From an uncultured bacterium (GTDB lineage Bacteria > Joyebacterota > Joyebacteria > Joyebacterales > Joyebacteraceae), in the NCBI GenBank assembly GCA_964562405.1, contig CAZLTC010000003.1:7036-52557 (forward strand): 45,522 nt of DNA, written 5' to 3'. Positions 9,889 to 18,580 of this stretch are shown piece after piece (the stretch's first letter is position 1; every line of letters starts with the position of its first letter). The position numbers and the translations under genes are program-made. A model generated the notes under the pieces. It was given only the letters and a program-made list of their open reading frames with translations, did not search any database and was not told where the DNA came from.

Positions 9889-10790
9889 TCGTCACCCCGA
9901 GCTTCGAGCAGGTCCTCGTAGGCTTGCTTGTACAGGCCGATGTCGGCGAACGCCCTCGCCCGCCACATACGCGCCGAGCGCGACTGCGACGGCGACGCCA
10001 CCGCAGCGTCGAACCTGTAGATGGCCTCCTCGTGAAGGCCCGATGAGAGCAGCAGCACGCCGGCTTCGAGGTCGCCCAGCGTATCTATCGCCTGGTCGAG
10101 CCTCTGCTCCTCGTCCGGCGTCATGACCACGAAGGAGCGCCATCCGGACTCGCCCTCCCAGCCATCAGCGTCGGGCTGCACCTTCCAGACGTACTCCTCG
10201 CCGGGCAACAGCTCCTCGAGCACCGCACCGTTGTCGCGGACGACGCGCGTCATCTCGTCACCGTCGGCCGGCGCCACCGTCAGCACGTAGCTGTCGACGC
10301 CCGGCACTTCACTCCAGAAGAGCCTCGCGTCCTCAGCCCTCACTCGGCCGTCCTGCGCGGGTATCATCTGCGTCGGCGCCTCGGTGGGCAACGCCCAGTC
10401 CCGGACGGTCCGTGTCCGGAGAGGCTGTCTGCGGCTTTCGCCGATCCAGTCGGCAAGCTGCATGCGGACCCACGAGGCCAGATCCCCACCGGCCCCGCCG
10501 CCGCCCGCGAACTGCATCTCGCCCGGTCCCACCAGGTTGAACTCGTCTCCGACCGGAGTGAACCCCGTGCACCTGGATCCCGTCCTGGCGACGACCGTGT
10601 CGCCATCGCGCAGCACCAGCCCCTCGCGCGCCGGCATGTCCCCTTCGCCGCGCTTCACGACCACATCACCGGAGACGGACACGACGAGCCCGCCCGGGGA
10701 TTCGGAGGACCATGCCGCTATGGGCAGGAAGAGACACAGGCAGAAAAGCACGAGCGCCATGTGGAACCTGCGTGACGAAACGAAATGCAT
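9885..10790 (-). CDS. Exported hypothetical protein B (FecR-like N-domain, DUF928/FnIII-like middle, helical C-terminus)
   Basis: Signal peptide; GLVVSVSGDVVVKR...GLVLRDGDTV FecR-like pattern; clear paralog of 10986-11915; AAAGGAGG RBS. Domain names are pattern-based inference. Confidence 0.7.
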   Translation of the reverse strand: MHFVSSRRFHMALVLFCLCLFLPIAAWSSESPGGLVVSVSGDVVVKRGEGDMPAREGLVLRDGDTVVARTGSRCTGFTPVGDEFNLVGPGEMQFAGGGGAGGDLASWVRMQLADWIGESRRQPLRTRTVRDWALPTEAPTQMIPAQDGRVRAEDARLFWSEVPGVDSYVLTVAPADGDEMTRVVRDNGAVLEELLPGEEYVWKVQPDADGWEGESGWRSFVVMTPDEEQRLDQAIDTLGDLEAGVLLLSSGLHEEAIYRFDAAVASPSQSRSARMWRARAFADIGLYKQAYEDLLEARGDE

Positions 10791-10799
10791 GCTGCCTCC

Positions 10800-10835
10800 T
10801 TTGGGGGACTGCTGCTCTTTGGGGACTGCTGCTCT
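10800..10835. repeat. Tandem 17/18-bp direct repeat abutting an RBS
   Basis: GGGGACTGCTGCTCT at 10804-10818 and 10821-10835. Confidence 0.9.
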
Positions 10836-10870
10836 CGTCAGAGCCCGGCGCGGGTCTTCGACCGCGCATT

Positions 10871-10908
10871 CATAGACAATTACAAGCCACGGGCGCTGCA
10901 GGTTCGAA
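10871..10908 (-). promoter_or_regulatory. ECF-type promoter-like motif, copy 2
   Basis: TTCGAACCTGC-N12-TTGTA-N6-TATG; identical blocks and spacing to 12001-12038. Confidence 0.6.
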
Positions 10909-10985
10909 GGAATGCCGGGCCCGCAGGCCGATCTCAAGCCCGCCGGCGGCCCCTCCGATGCCCCTCGCTCCCGGAGCGACCTCCG

Positions 10986-11915
10986 CTACTGCGTCGGCTC
11001 GGCCTCGTTCCGGCTCCTGACCAGGTCTTCGTAGGCGTCGTGATAGAGCCCTATCTCGGCCATCGTCTGAGCGCGCCACTTCCGGGCGGACGCTCCCTGG
11101 CTCGCGGACGCCACCGCGGCGTCCAGCCGGTAGGCCGCCTCCTCGTGCAGGCCGGCCGACAGAAGCAGCACGCCGGCCTCGAGGTCGCTCATCGCGGAGA
11201 CCGCGGCGTCGAGCCCGTCCTCCTCCTCGGGGAGCATGACGCGGAACCCGCGCCACTTGGACTGACCGGTCCAGCCCTCGAGCGCCGGCATGACCTTCCA
11301 GACATACTCGCGCCCTGGGACCAGATCATCCGCGATCAGCCTGTGACCCCTTACGCTCCGGCTCGTCTCCTCGCCATCCTCGGACACGAACGTCACCAGA
11401 TACCGATCGATGCCGGGCACCGTCCCCCAGTAGAAGACGGCGCTGTCGGGGCGCACCTGGCCGCCGGGCGCCGGGATGATGGGCGCCGGCGTAAGCGTCT
11501 CGACCTCCCAGTCACGCTTGAGAGTGCGGGTGACGATGGGCTGCCGTCTGCTCTCGCCGATCCACTGCGTGAGCTGGCGACGTACCCAGAGCGTGACCCG
11601 GTCGAGCATGCCGTCGACCTCGGACCTGGCCAGACGGAGCTCGCCTGGACCGGGCAGGTCGAACGGCTCGCCCGACGGCGTGAAGCCTGTGCAGCGGGCG
11701 CCATCAGAAGCGCGGACGATGTCTCCATCCTGGAGGACAAGGCCCTCGGTCACGGGCTCGTCACCATCTGGACGCTCTACGATCACGTCGCCCCGCACGG
11801 ACACGACAACGCCCGAGGACGGGGCCGTCGGTGCGCCGTTCGCAGGCTCGGCCGCCACCACAGACGGTCCGGCGACGATGAGCCCGACGGTCATGCATAG
11901 GAGAACGTATCTCAT
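10986..11915 (-). CDS. Exported hypothetical protein A (paralog of protein B)
   Basis: Signal peptide MRYVLLCMTVGLIVAG; GVVVSVRGDVIVER...GLVLQDGDIV; shares CTGFTP, WIGESRRQP, YVWKV and DLEAGVLLLS with B; CAGGAGG RBS. Confidence 0.7.
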   Translation of the reverse strand: MRYVLLCMTVGLIVAGPSVVAAEPANGAPTAPSSGVVVSVRGDVIVERPDGDEPVTEGLVLQDGDIVRASDGARCTGFTPSGEPFDLPGPGELRLARSEVDGMLDRVTLWVRRQLTQWIGESRRQPIVTRTLKRDWEVETLTPAPIIPAPGGQVRPDSAVFYWGTVPGIDRYLVTFVSEDGEETSRSVRGHRLIADDLVPGREYVWKVMPALEGWTGQSKWRGFRVMLPEEEDGLDAAVSAMSDLEAGVLLLSAGLHEEAAYRLDAAVASASQGASARKWRAQTMAEIGLYHDAYEDLVRSRNEAEPTQ

Positions 11916-12000
11916 ACGCCCTACCTCCTGAATGCCCGCTGCCGCAGTGCGGCGGAGTGCCACGCTCACGATGCTACCTCACACGGGCGGGATTCCCAAC

Positions 12001-12038
12001 CATAATGAACTACAATCAACGAGGAGGGCAGGTTCGAA
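12001..12038 (-). promoter_or_regulatory. ECF-type promoter-like motif, copy 1
   Basis: TTCGAACCTGC-N12-TTGTA-N6-TATG about 86 nt upstream of the protein A start. Confidence 0.6.
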
Positions 12039-12095
12039 CAAACAAGTGGCCCGCCACGGGACAGGCGGGCAGGAGCCTCGACCGTTCGCAGGACG

Positions 12096-15000
12096 CTAGT
12101 TGCGCTCCCCTATGAGGACGAACGCGGACCAGAAGTACGGGTGTTCGTATGGGTGGTAGCCTTCTTCGTCGGTGTACGAGCGAAGCCAGGCCTTGGCCTC
12201 GCGGAGCGCGTCGGCCTTGCTCATTCTGAGGCCCGGTTCACCGCCGCGCTCGTCGGTGTAGGCCCCGAGCCTGTTCTCGTAGAACCGGCGCATGAGAAGC
12301 GAGGTTGCCGTGTCCTCGACCTTCCAGAGGCTCACGAGCATGCCGCGAGCGCCGGCCTGAAGGAACGCGTGGGCGAACCCTATGTACCCCTCGCCGACGA
12401 CCTCCTTGCCGAGGGCTGTCTCGCACGCGGAGAGCGTCACGAGGTCGCAGTCCAGACTCCACTCGCGAACGATCTCGCCCGCCGTCAGGAGCCCGTCGTA
12501 GATGCGACGGCCGGCCAGCGCAGACTCGAGCGGGTCTGGAAGCCCGACCTGCGACAGCACGAGAGCCGACTGATCCGGCCGTTCATCGTCGACCAGCGCG
12601 TGAGTCGCCAGGTGGATGATGCCATAGTCGCGGAGCGCATCCTCCGAAGCCAGCTCCACAAGCTCCTGCTCGGTGGCGTCCGGGCCCAGCAGCACCGTGG
12701 CGTCGTCAGACAGGGACGAAAGCGACAGGACCTCGGCCCTCGAACCGAGCAGGCGCGGCAGCCCGTCGACCGAGGCGCGCTGGGTTCCGGCGCCCCGTTC
12801 GGCTCCCCGCACGCCGTCGGCGTCGGGTGCACGACCATCGCGTTGCCCATCCTCAAGCTCCATCGCATCGAGGTCCGCCTCGGTGAACGGAGGATCGCCC
12901 ACGAGCAGCATCGCGTCGGTCCTGCCCGCACTCTCACCGCGTTCCTCGAGCCAGGCGTAGACGGTGGCCGACGGCGCGTAGGAGACCGCGAACCTGTCCC
13001 CGACGAGGACACCGTCCGCATCGACGAGCGTCTCGATGGGAAGCCCAAGCACCGCTCCCGACGGCAGGACGACCAGCTCCGCGGCTCCATCGAGCGCGGA
13101 TGCGAGCGGCTCCAGGCGCTCGCGCCAGAGCGCCCGCGCGTCCCTGGAGAGCCCCGCGCCGGAAGACGACGGGTCGGAGAGCTGCTCGCGGTACTTCCCG
13201 TATTTCCTCTGAATCGACCGCACGGTCGCGCCGGAGGTGCTCCCACAACGTGCCCACGCGACCGATCCGCTGTTTCTGATCACGTAGCCCCACGACTCGA
13301 CGTTGCCGTCCCCCACGTCGGCGTCTATCCATCCAACGATGGCCGTGGCCTTGTCCAACACGCTCTGTATCCGCTCCAGCGGGAACAGGTGTCCCTCAGT
13401 CACGGGATGCGACTCAGCAAGCCTGGCCTGGAAGACGCTCCAGTCGGCCTCGGTCTCGAGCAATCTGTGCCGCGTCTCCTCGGCAAGCCGCGCGGTCTCT
13501 CCCGTCGTGTCCGACGCCGCCGCGTCCGCGTAGGCGGCGAGTTCGCCATCCAACTCCGCCAGGGCCGACCTCAGAGAATCCTCGCGCGCAGACTCCGCGG
13601 GAGAGAGCACGCGCTCCTCCGCTGTCATGAGCAGGTCCGCGAGCGTGCGCGCCAGGGCTCTCTCCGCCGCCGGCCACGCGTCGTCGATCTTGCCCTGCTC
13701 GAGGCGAGAAACCGCCAGCGCGACGAGCGGCGGCCGGAGCCTGAGCGCCATCGTGGCGCTCGACATTCCTGCGCCCGCACGCAGCCTGGCCGCGTCATAC
13801 GTCGTCGCGGCCTCCATCAGCGTCTGCTCGGCCGCGGCCGCGTCGCCCTCTCGCAATTCCAGATGCCCGATGCTGCTCAGGTTGTACGCCACCGCCGCGC
13901 TCTGCGTGCCCAGCGCCCGCGAGCGGATATCGAGCGCCTCGCGGTAGAGCGCAAGCGCTTCGTCCAGCCTGCCGACCTCCTCAAGGAGAGACGCCAGGTT
14001 CGAAAGGTCGGTGGCCACCTCAACGTGGTCGCTCCCCAGGAGCTCGCGGTGCATCGCGAGCGCCTCTCTGTAGAGCGGCTCGGCCTCCTCGTACTTGCCC
14101 GCGGCCTGAAGCGCATGGGCGAGCCCGGTAAGGCTGACCGCAACCTCGGGGTGTCGGTCGCCGAAGGCCTTGCGCCGGATCTCCAGCGACTCACGGAAGA
14201 GCGGCTCCGCTCCAGCGTAGTCGCCCTCGCTCTCCAGCGTGTGCGCGAGATTGTGGAGCGCGAACGCGAGGTCGGGGTGGTCGTTGCCGAGCGTGGCGCG
14301 ATAGATCTCGACCGCCTGCCTGTGAAACTCCTCGGCCTCCGAGTACTCGCCGCGGGCCGCTAGAAGAGCCCCCATGTTGCTCAACGAGAGCGCGACGTAC
14401 GGATGCTCATTCCCAAGCACGGCCTGCCAGATAGCAGTCGACCTGCGCAGGAACGGCTCGGCCGCGGCGTAGTCCATCCTGTCGTAGTAGAGGCTCGCCA
14501 GAGCGTTGAGGCTCGAAGCAACGTCTGGGCTCTCCTCTCCCAGCGCGGCCCGCCGCACCTCGAGCGCGCGTAGCAGGTCGCGCTCAGCCTCGGGGTAGTC
14601 TCCGAGACGCTGGAGGAGCATCCCAAGATTGGCGGTGATGGCGGCGACGTTGAGGTCGTCCTCCCCAAGCGCGTCGGTCAGGATGTCGAGGCCCTCGGTT
14701 ATGTCCTCCTTGGCCTTCTCGAGGTCTCCCGTGGCTTCGTAGAGCATGCCGAGGTTGTTGAGCGTGGCGCCGACGTACGCGTGGTCGGGACCCAACAGCT
14801 CGCGCCTGACGTCGAGGGCATCCAGGAACAGCGGCTCGGCCTGTTCGTACTCGCCGCCGTACTGCAGGAGCGACGCCAGCTCGTCCTCGGCTGCGGCCGT
14901 GGCGAGATGTCTGTTCCCGAAGTGCTTCCTGTACAGCGCCAGACGCCCGCGCGCGGCCTCCGCCCCCTCCTCGTATGACCCCTGCATCCAGGACTCCTCC

Positions 15001-15398
15001 ATGGCAACGCCCAGGCTGTCTGCCCGCGCCAGCTCGGCCCGCGCGCCCTCCGGAAGACCGGCGGCGAACTGGAGCGTCTCGACTAGCTGCCGCGTATCCT
15101 CGACGTCCAGCACCGTAGCCTCTGCCTCGCCCCTCACAACCTCCAGTAGCTCGTTCGCCAGGGCCGCCGCGCCCGTGTAGTCGCCTGCCAGGCGCAGCCC
15201 CATGATCCTCTGCGAGAGAGCGTCCGGATCGGCGCACGTCGAGGCGCCGTCAGGCTCGACGGAGATGGAATCGGCGGCCGCGCCCTCCGACTCCACAGCG
15301 ACACGCTCGTCCGAGCCCACGGATGCGCACGGGGCAAAGAAGATGAGCGCGGCGACGGCAGCCGTCGCCGCGACGAAGGTCCGGGGTCGTGGCGTCAT
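12096..15398 (-). CDS. TPR-CHAT caspase-like protease 2
   Basis: N-terminal signal-like helix; about ten 42-aa HPxVAxSLNNLA-type TPR repeats; catalytic IHLATHA (His) and LSACETALG (Cys); LVSLWKV; HPYFWSAF. Confidence 0.92.
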   Translation of the reverse strand: MTPRPRTFVAATAAVAALIFFAPCASVGSDERVAVESEGAAADSISVEPDGASTCADPDALSQRIMGLRLAGDYTGAAALANELLEVVRGEAEATVLDVEDTRQLVETLQFAAGLPEGARAELARADSLGVAMEESWMQGSYEEGAEAARGRLALYRKHFGNRHLATAAAEDELASLLQYGGEYEQAEPLFLDALDVRRELLGPDHAYVGATLNNLGMLYEATGDLEKAKEDITEGLDILTDALGEDDLNVAAITANLGMLLQRLGDYPEAERDLLRALEVRRAALGEESPDVASSLNALASLYYDRMDYAAAEPFLRRSTAIWQAVLGNEHPYVALSLSNMGALLAARGEYSEAEEFHRQAVEIYRATLGNDHPDLAFALHNLAHTLESEGDYAGAEPLFRESLEIRRKAFGDRHPEVAVSLTGLAHALQAAGKYEEAEPLYREALAMHRELLGSDHVEVATDLSNLASLLEEVGRLDEALALYREALDIRSRALGTQSAAVAYNLSSIGHLELREGDAAAAEQTLMEAATTYDAARLRAGAGMSSATMALRLRPPLVALAVSRLEQGKIDDAWPAAERALARTLADLLMTAEERVLSPAESAREDSLRSALAELDGELAAYADAAASDTTGETARLAEETRHRLLETEADWSVFQARLAESHPVTEGHLFPLERIQSVLDKATAIVGWIDADVGDGNVESWGYVIRNSGSVAWARCGSTSGATVRSIQRKYGKYREQLSDPSSSGAGLSRDARALWRERLEPLASALDGAAELVVLPSGAVLGLPIETLVDADGVLVGDRFAVSYAPSATVYAWLEERGESAGRTDAMLLVGDPPFTEADLDAMELEDGQRDGRAPDADGVRGAERGAGTQRASVDGLPRLLGSRAEVLSLSSLSDDATVLLGPDATEQELVELASEDALRDYGIIHLATHALVDDERPDQSALVLSQVGLPDPLESALAGRRIYDGLLTAGEIVREWSLDCDLVTLSACETALGKEVVGEGYIGFAHAFLQAGARGMLVSLWKVEDTATSLLMRRFYENRLGAYTDERGGEPGLRMSKADALREAKAWLRSYTDEEGYHPYEHPYFWSAFVLIGERN

Positions 15399-15414
15399 GG
15401 ACTGAGCTTCCTCC

Positions 15415-18400
15415 CTAAGACCGGTCCCCGATCAGCACGAACGCCGACCAGTAGAATGGATGATGGTACGGACGCCGGCCGGCCTCGTCCGCGTAGTCCC
15501 GAAGCCAGAGCTTGGCCTCCCTGAGCGCGTCGGCTTTCGCCATCGGTGCCGCGTCTGAACCGAACAGGTTCGCGTAGAACCGACGCATGAGCATCGAGGT
15601 AGCACGGTCCTCCACCTTCCACAGGCTGACCAGCATGCTGCGCGCGCCCGCCTGCATGAATGCGTGTGACAGACCGATGTAGCCCTCACCTCCGGCCTCG
15701 CGCCCGAGCGCTGTTTCGCATGCCGATAGAGTAACAAGGTCGGCGCTCAGGTTCCACCCTCTGACGATCTCCCGGGCGGTCAGGACGCCGTCGCAGACGC
15801 GCCGCCCCTCGGCCGCCGCCACGACCGGGTCGGGAAGGTCCTCCTGCGACAGCACGAGCGAGGACAGTCCGGGCACGCGGTCGTCAACGTGCGCGTGCGT
15901 GGCGAGATGCACGATGCTCAGCTCGCCCAGGCGTCCCGAATCCGACAGCTCCTGTAACGCGGTCTCCGAGGCGTCGGCACCGAGAAGCACGAGCGGGTCG
16001 TTGACCACCTCTTCGATGGCGAGCACCTCATCGCGGCTCCCCGCGAGCCGCGGGAGCTTCCCCAGGAACGGAGGGTCGCCCAGGAGGAGAGAGCCGCGGC
16101 GACCCGAGACCCTCGTGTCGCGAGACCTGAGCCACGCGTACAGGGTGCACGACGGGACGTACGACATGGAGTAGCTCTCGCCCAGCGGCGCTCCGGCGTC
16201 CGCCACGAGCGCCTCCAGGGGCACCCCAAGCGATGGTCCCGAGGGGATCACCACGAGGTTCCGGACGCCAGCGAGCGCCTCCATGAGAGGTGCGAACCTG
16301 GCCTTCCAAAGCTCCGCCGCGTCGAGCTTGATGCCGAGCTCGGTCGATTCCGGATCGGACAGCTCTCGCGCGAATGCGGCGAAGACACTCTCCGTCGTCG
16401 AACCGGACCCTTCCGGCGGACCAAGGTGCACCCAGAAGACCGGACCGTCGTCTCGGACCACGTAGCCCCACGACTCCTGGGCGCCACGCCCGTGCTCGAC
16501 GTCGATCCACCCGACGATCGCGATCTTGGAGTCGAGCGCACGCTGGACCTCAGAAAGCCCCAGAGCGCTCCCTCCCGTGACCGGATGCCTCTCCGACATC
16601 TCACGCTGGAAGGCGCTCCAGTCTGCCTCTGCATCCAGAAGCCTGGTGCGCGCCACTGCGGCGGACACCCGCGCGACGGCCGAATCGCCGGAGGCCCCGC
16701 TCAGACGGTACGCGGAGAACTCCGCCTCGCAGTCCGCAAGCACGCTTCTCAAGGACTCCTCACGGGCCGACTCGGTCCCGCTCAGGTCGCGGACCGACGC
16801 CTCGGTAAGAAGGTCCGTGAGCGTTCTGGCCAGCGCCTTCTCTGCTGCGGGCCAGGCCTCGTCAATCTTGCCGAGACCCAGTTTGACCTCTGCGAGGTCT
16901 GCATACGGACTGTCAAGGAACGTCGCGCGGGAGACGCCGGTGCCCACGCGGAGCCGCGCTGCGTCGTAGACCGCACAGGCCCTCTCGAGCACCGGCTCGG
17001 CCCCCTCGTAGTCACCGCCGGCCTTCAGCGACACTCCCAACCTGTGCAGCGTGGCCGCGACGTGCGGGTGCTCCTGGCCCAGAACTGAACGGCGGATGTC
17101 GAGCGAGCGGCGGTAGAGCGAGTCCGCCGCGGAGTAGTTCCCAGTAAGGTACCTGACCTCAGCCAGCGTAAAGAGGTTCGTCGCAGTGTCCGGGTGACGC
17201 TTGCCCAGAAGCGCGGTCCTCATTTCGAGAGCCTCCGTCAACGTCGCGAGGGCGGCGTCGAGGTCGCCCTTCGCCTTCTGGAGAACTCCCAGATTGTAGA
17301 GGCTCGATGCCACGATCGGGTGTTCGCCGCCGAAAAGCCTGCGGCGCATCGCGAGCGCCTGTTCGTAGAGCGGCTCCGCGCCAACGTAGTTGTCCTGCGC
17401 GTAGAGCGTGGCCGCCAGATTGTTCAGGCTCTGGGCGACGTCGGGATGCTCGTCGCCCAGCACCGATCGTCGGAGAGCGAGCGCCTCGCGGAACAGGGGC
17501 TCCGCCTCTCCGTAACTCCCCTGAGAATAGAGAAAGGCCGCGAGGTTGTTGACGCTCTGGGCGACCGCGGGATGGCCCTCACTGAGCCGGCGACGCCTGA
17601 CGGCCAGCCCGGCCCTGTAGAGCGGTTCGGCGGCGGCGTAGTCCCCGCGGTCCTTCAGCACCGCGGCGAGCGCGTTCATGGCCTCCGCGGCCTCCAGGCT
17701 ATCGTCGCCGAACTCGCCGCGGCGGACCGCGAGAACCTCTCTATAGAGAGGCTCCGCGCCCGCGTAGTCCCCGCGAGCCCGTCTGACGCCGGCCAGGTTG
17801 AGGAGACACGAGACCGTCACCGGGTCGCTCTCGCCGAACGCCGCGGTCAGGAGCCCCAGCGCCTCCTGCAGAAGCGCCTCCGCCGCCTCGTAGTCTCCCT
17901 GCGAGTAGCGCAGCGATGCAGCGTTGTTGATCGCGAGCGCCACCTCAGGATGTCCCTCTCCCAGAGCCGCGCGCTTGAGCTCCAGCGACTCCCTGAAGAG
18001 AGCCTCGGCGCCGGGAAGGTCTCCCCCGGCGGCAGTGAGAGCAGCGAGGTTGTTGAGCGTCGTCGCAACCTCATAGTGGTCGGGTCCGAGCACGCTCCGG
18101 CGCAGTCCGAGTTCCCTCTCGAGCACCTCCGCGCCGTCCGAGAAGCGGCCGGCGCCCCAGAGGACCTCCCCCTCACGCGCCAGGCTGTCGGCCCGCGCCA
18201 GCAATGCCCGCTCTTCCTCGGGCAGTGCCGATGCGAACCTCATCGTCTCGAGCACGCGCTCCGCATCCTGAACCTCGTAGTCGGCGACCAGCGAATCGGC
18301 GCGAACGATCTCAACGATCTCGGCCGCCAGCTCGGCCGCGGACGAGAAGTCCCCCTCTACCCTGAGGACCTCTATCCTGTCCTCAAGGGCGGAGCGGTCC

Positions 18401-18486
18401 TCCAATGTGTCGTCGGAGGCGCAGGCGAGCGCGGAGACGCACACCAGGACCACTACGATGATCTGGCGGGTCGCATTCGTTACCAT
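15415..18486 (-). CDS. TPR-CHAT caspase-like protease 1
   Basis: Signal peptide (possible ALAC lipobox); about ten TPR repeats; VHLATHA and LSACETALG catalytic motifs; HPFYWSAF. Confidence 0.92.
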   Translation of the reverse strand: MVTNATRQIIVVVLVCVSALACASDDTLEDRSALEDRIEVLRVEGDFSSAAELAAEIVEIVRADSLVADYEVQDAERVLETMRFASALPEEERALLARADSLAREGEVLWGAGRFSDGAEVLERELGLRRSVLGPDHYEVATTLNNLAALTAAGGDLPGAEALFRESLELKRAALGEGHPEVALAINNAASLRYSQGDYEAAEALLQEALGLLTAAFGESDPVTVSCLLNLAGVRRARGDYAGAEPLYREVLAVRRGEFGDDSLEAAEAMNALAAVLKDRGDYAAAEPLYRAGLAVRRRRLSEGHPAVAQSVNNLAAFLYSQGSYGEAEPLFREALALRRSVLGDEHPDVAQSLNNLAATLYAQDNYVGAEPLYEQALAMRRRLFGGEHPIVASSLYNLGVLQKAKGDLDAALATLTEALEMRTALLGKRHPDTATNLFTLAEVRYLTGNYSAADSLYRRSLDIRRSVLGQEHPHVAATLHRLGVSLKAGGDYEGAEPVLERACAVYDAARLRVGTGVSRATFLDSPYADLAEVKLGLGKIDEAWPAAEKALARTLTDLLTEASVRDLSGTESAREESLRSVLADCEAEFSAYRLSGASGDSAVARVSAAVARTRLLDAEADWSAFQREMSERHPVTGGSALGLSEVQRALDSKIAIVGWIDVEHGRGAQESWGYVVRDDGPVFWVHLGPPEGSGSTTESVFAAFARELSDPESTELGIKLDAAELWKARFAPLMEALAGVRNLVVIPSGPSLGVPLEALVADAGAPLGESYSMSYVPSCTLYAWLRSRDTRVSGRRGSLLLGDPPFLGKLPRLAGSRDEVLAIEEVVNDPLVLLGADASETALQELSDSGRLGELSIVHLATHAHVDDRVPGLSSLVLSQEDLPDPVVAAAEGRRVCDGVLTAREIVRGWNLSADLVTLSACETALGREAGGEGYIGLSHAFMQAGARSMLVSLWKVEDRATSMLMRRFYANLFGSDAAPMAKADALREAKLWLRDYADEAGRRPYHHPFYWSAFVLIGDRS

Positions 18487-18580
18487 GGCGGGCCTCCATT
18501 GCGAGCGAGGCGAACACTAATGTGAACTCGCTTGCTGCCCGATACCCGAAGACGACCGTGGGCCGGGCACGCCCCCCTAC

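Noticed and set aside
12141-14363. 740-aa plus-strand ORF and many other long antisense or alternate-frame ORFs
   Set aside because: Shadow ORFs expected in GC-rich DNA; they overlap well-supported genes and show no recognisable motifs.
12096-18486. TPR-CHAT as a CRISPR type III-E (Craspase) component
   Set aside because: No Cas7-11, Csx30 or CRISPR array in the window; the proteins have signal-like peptides.
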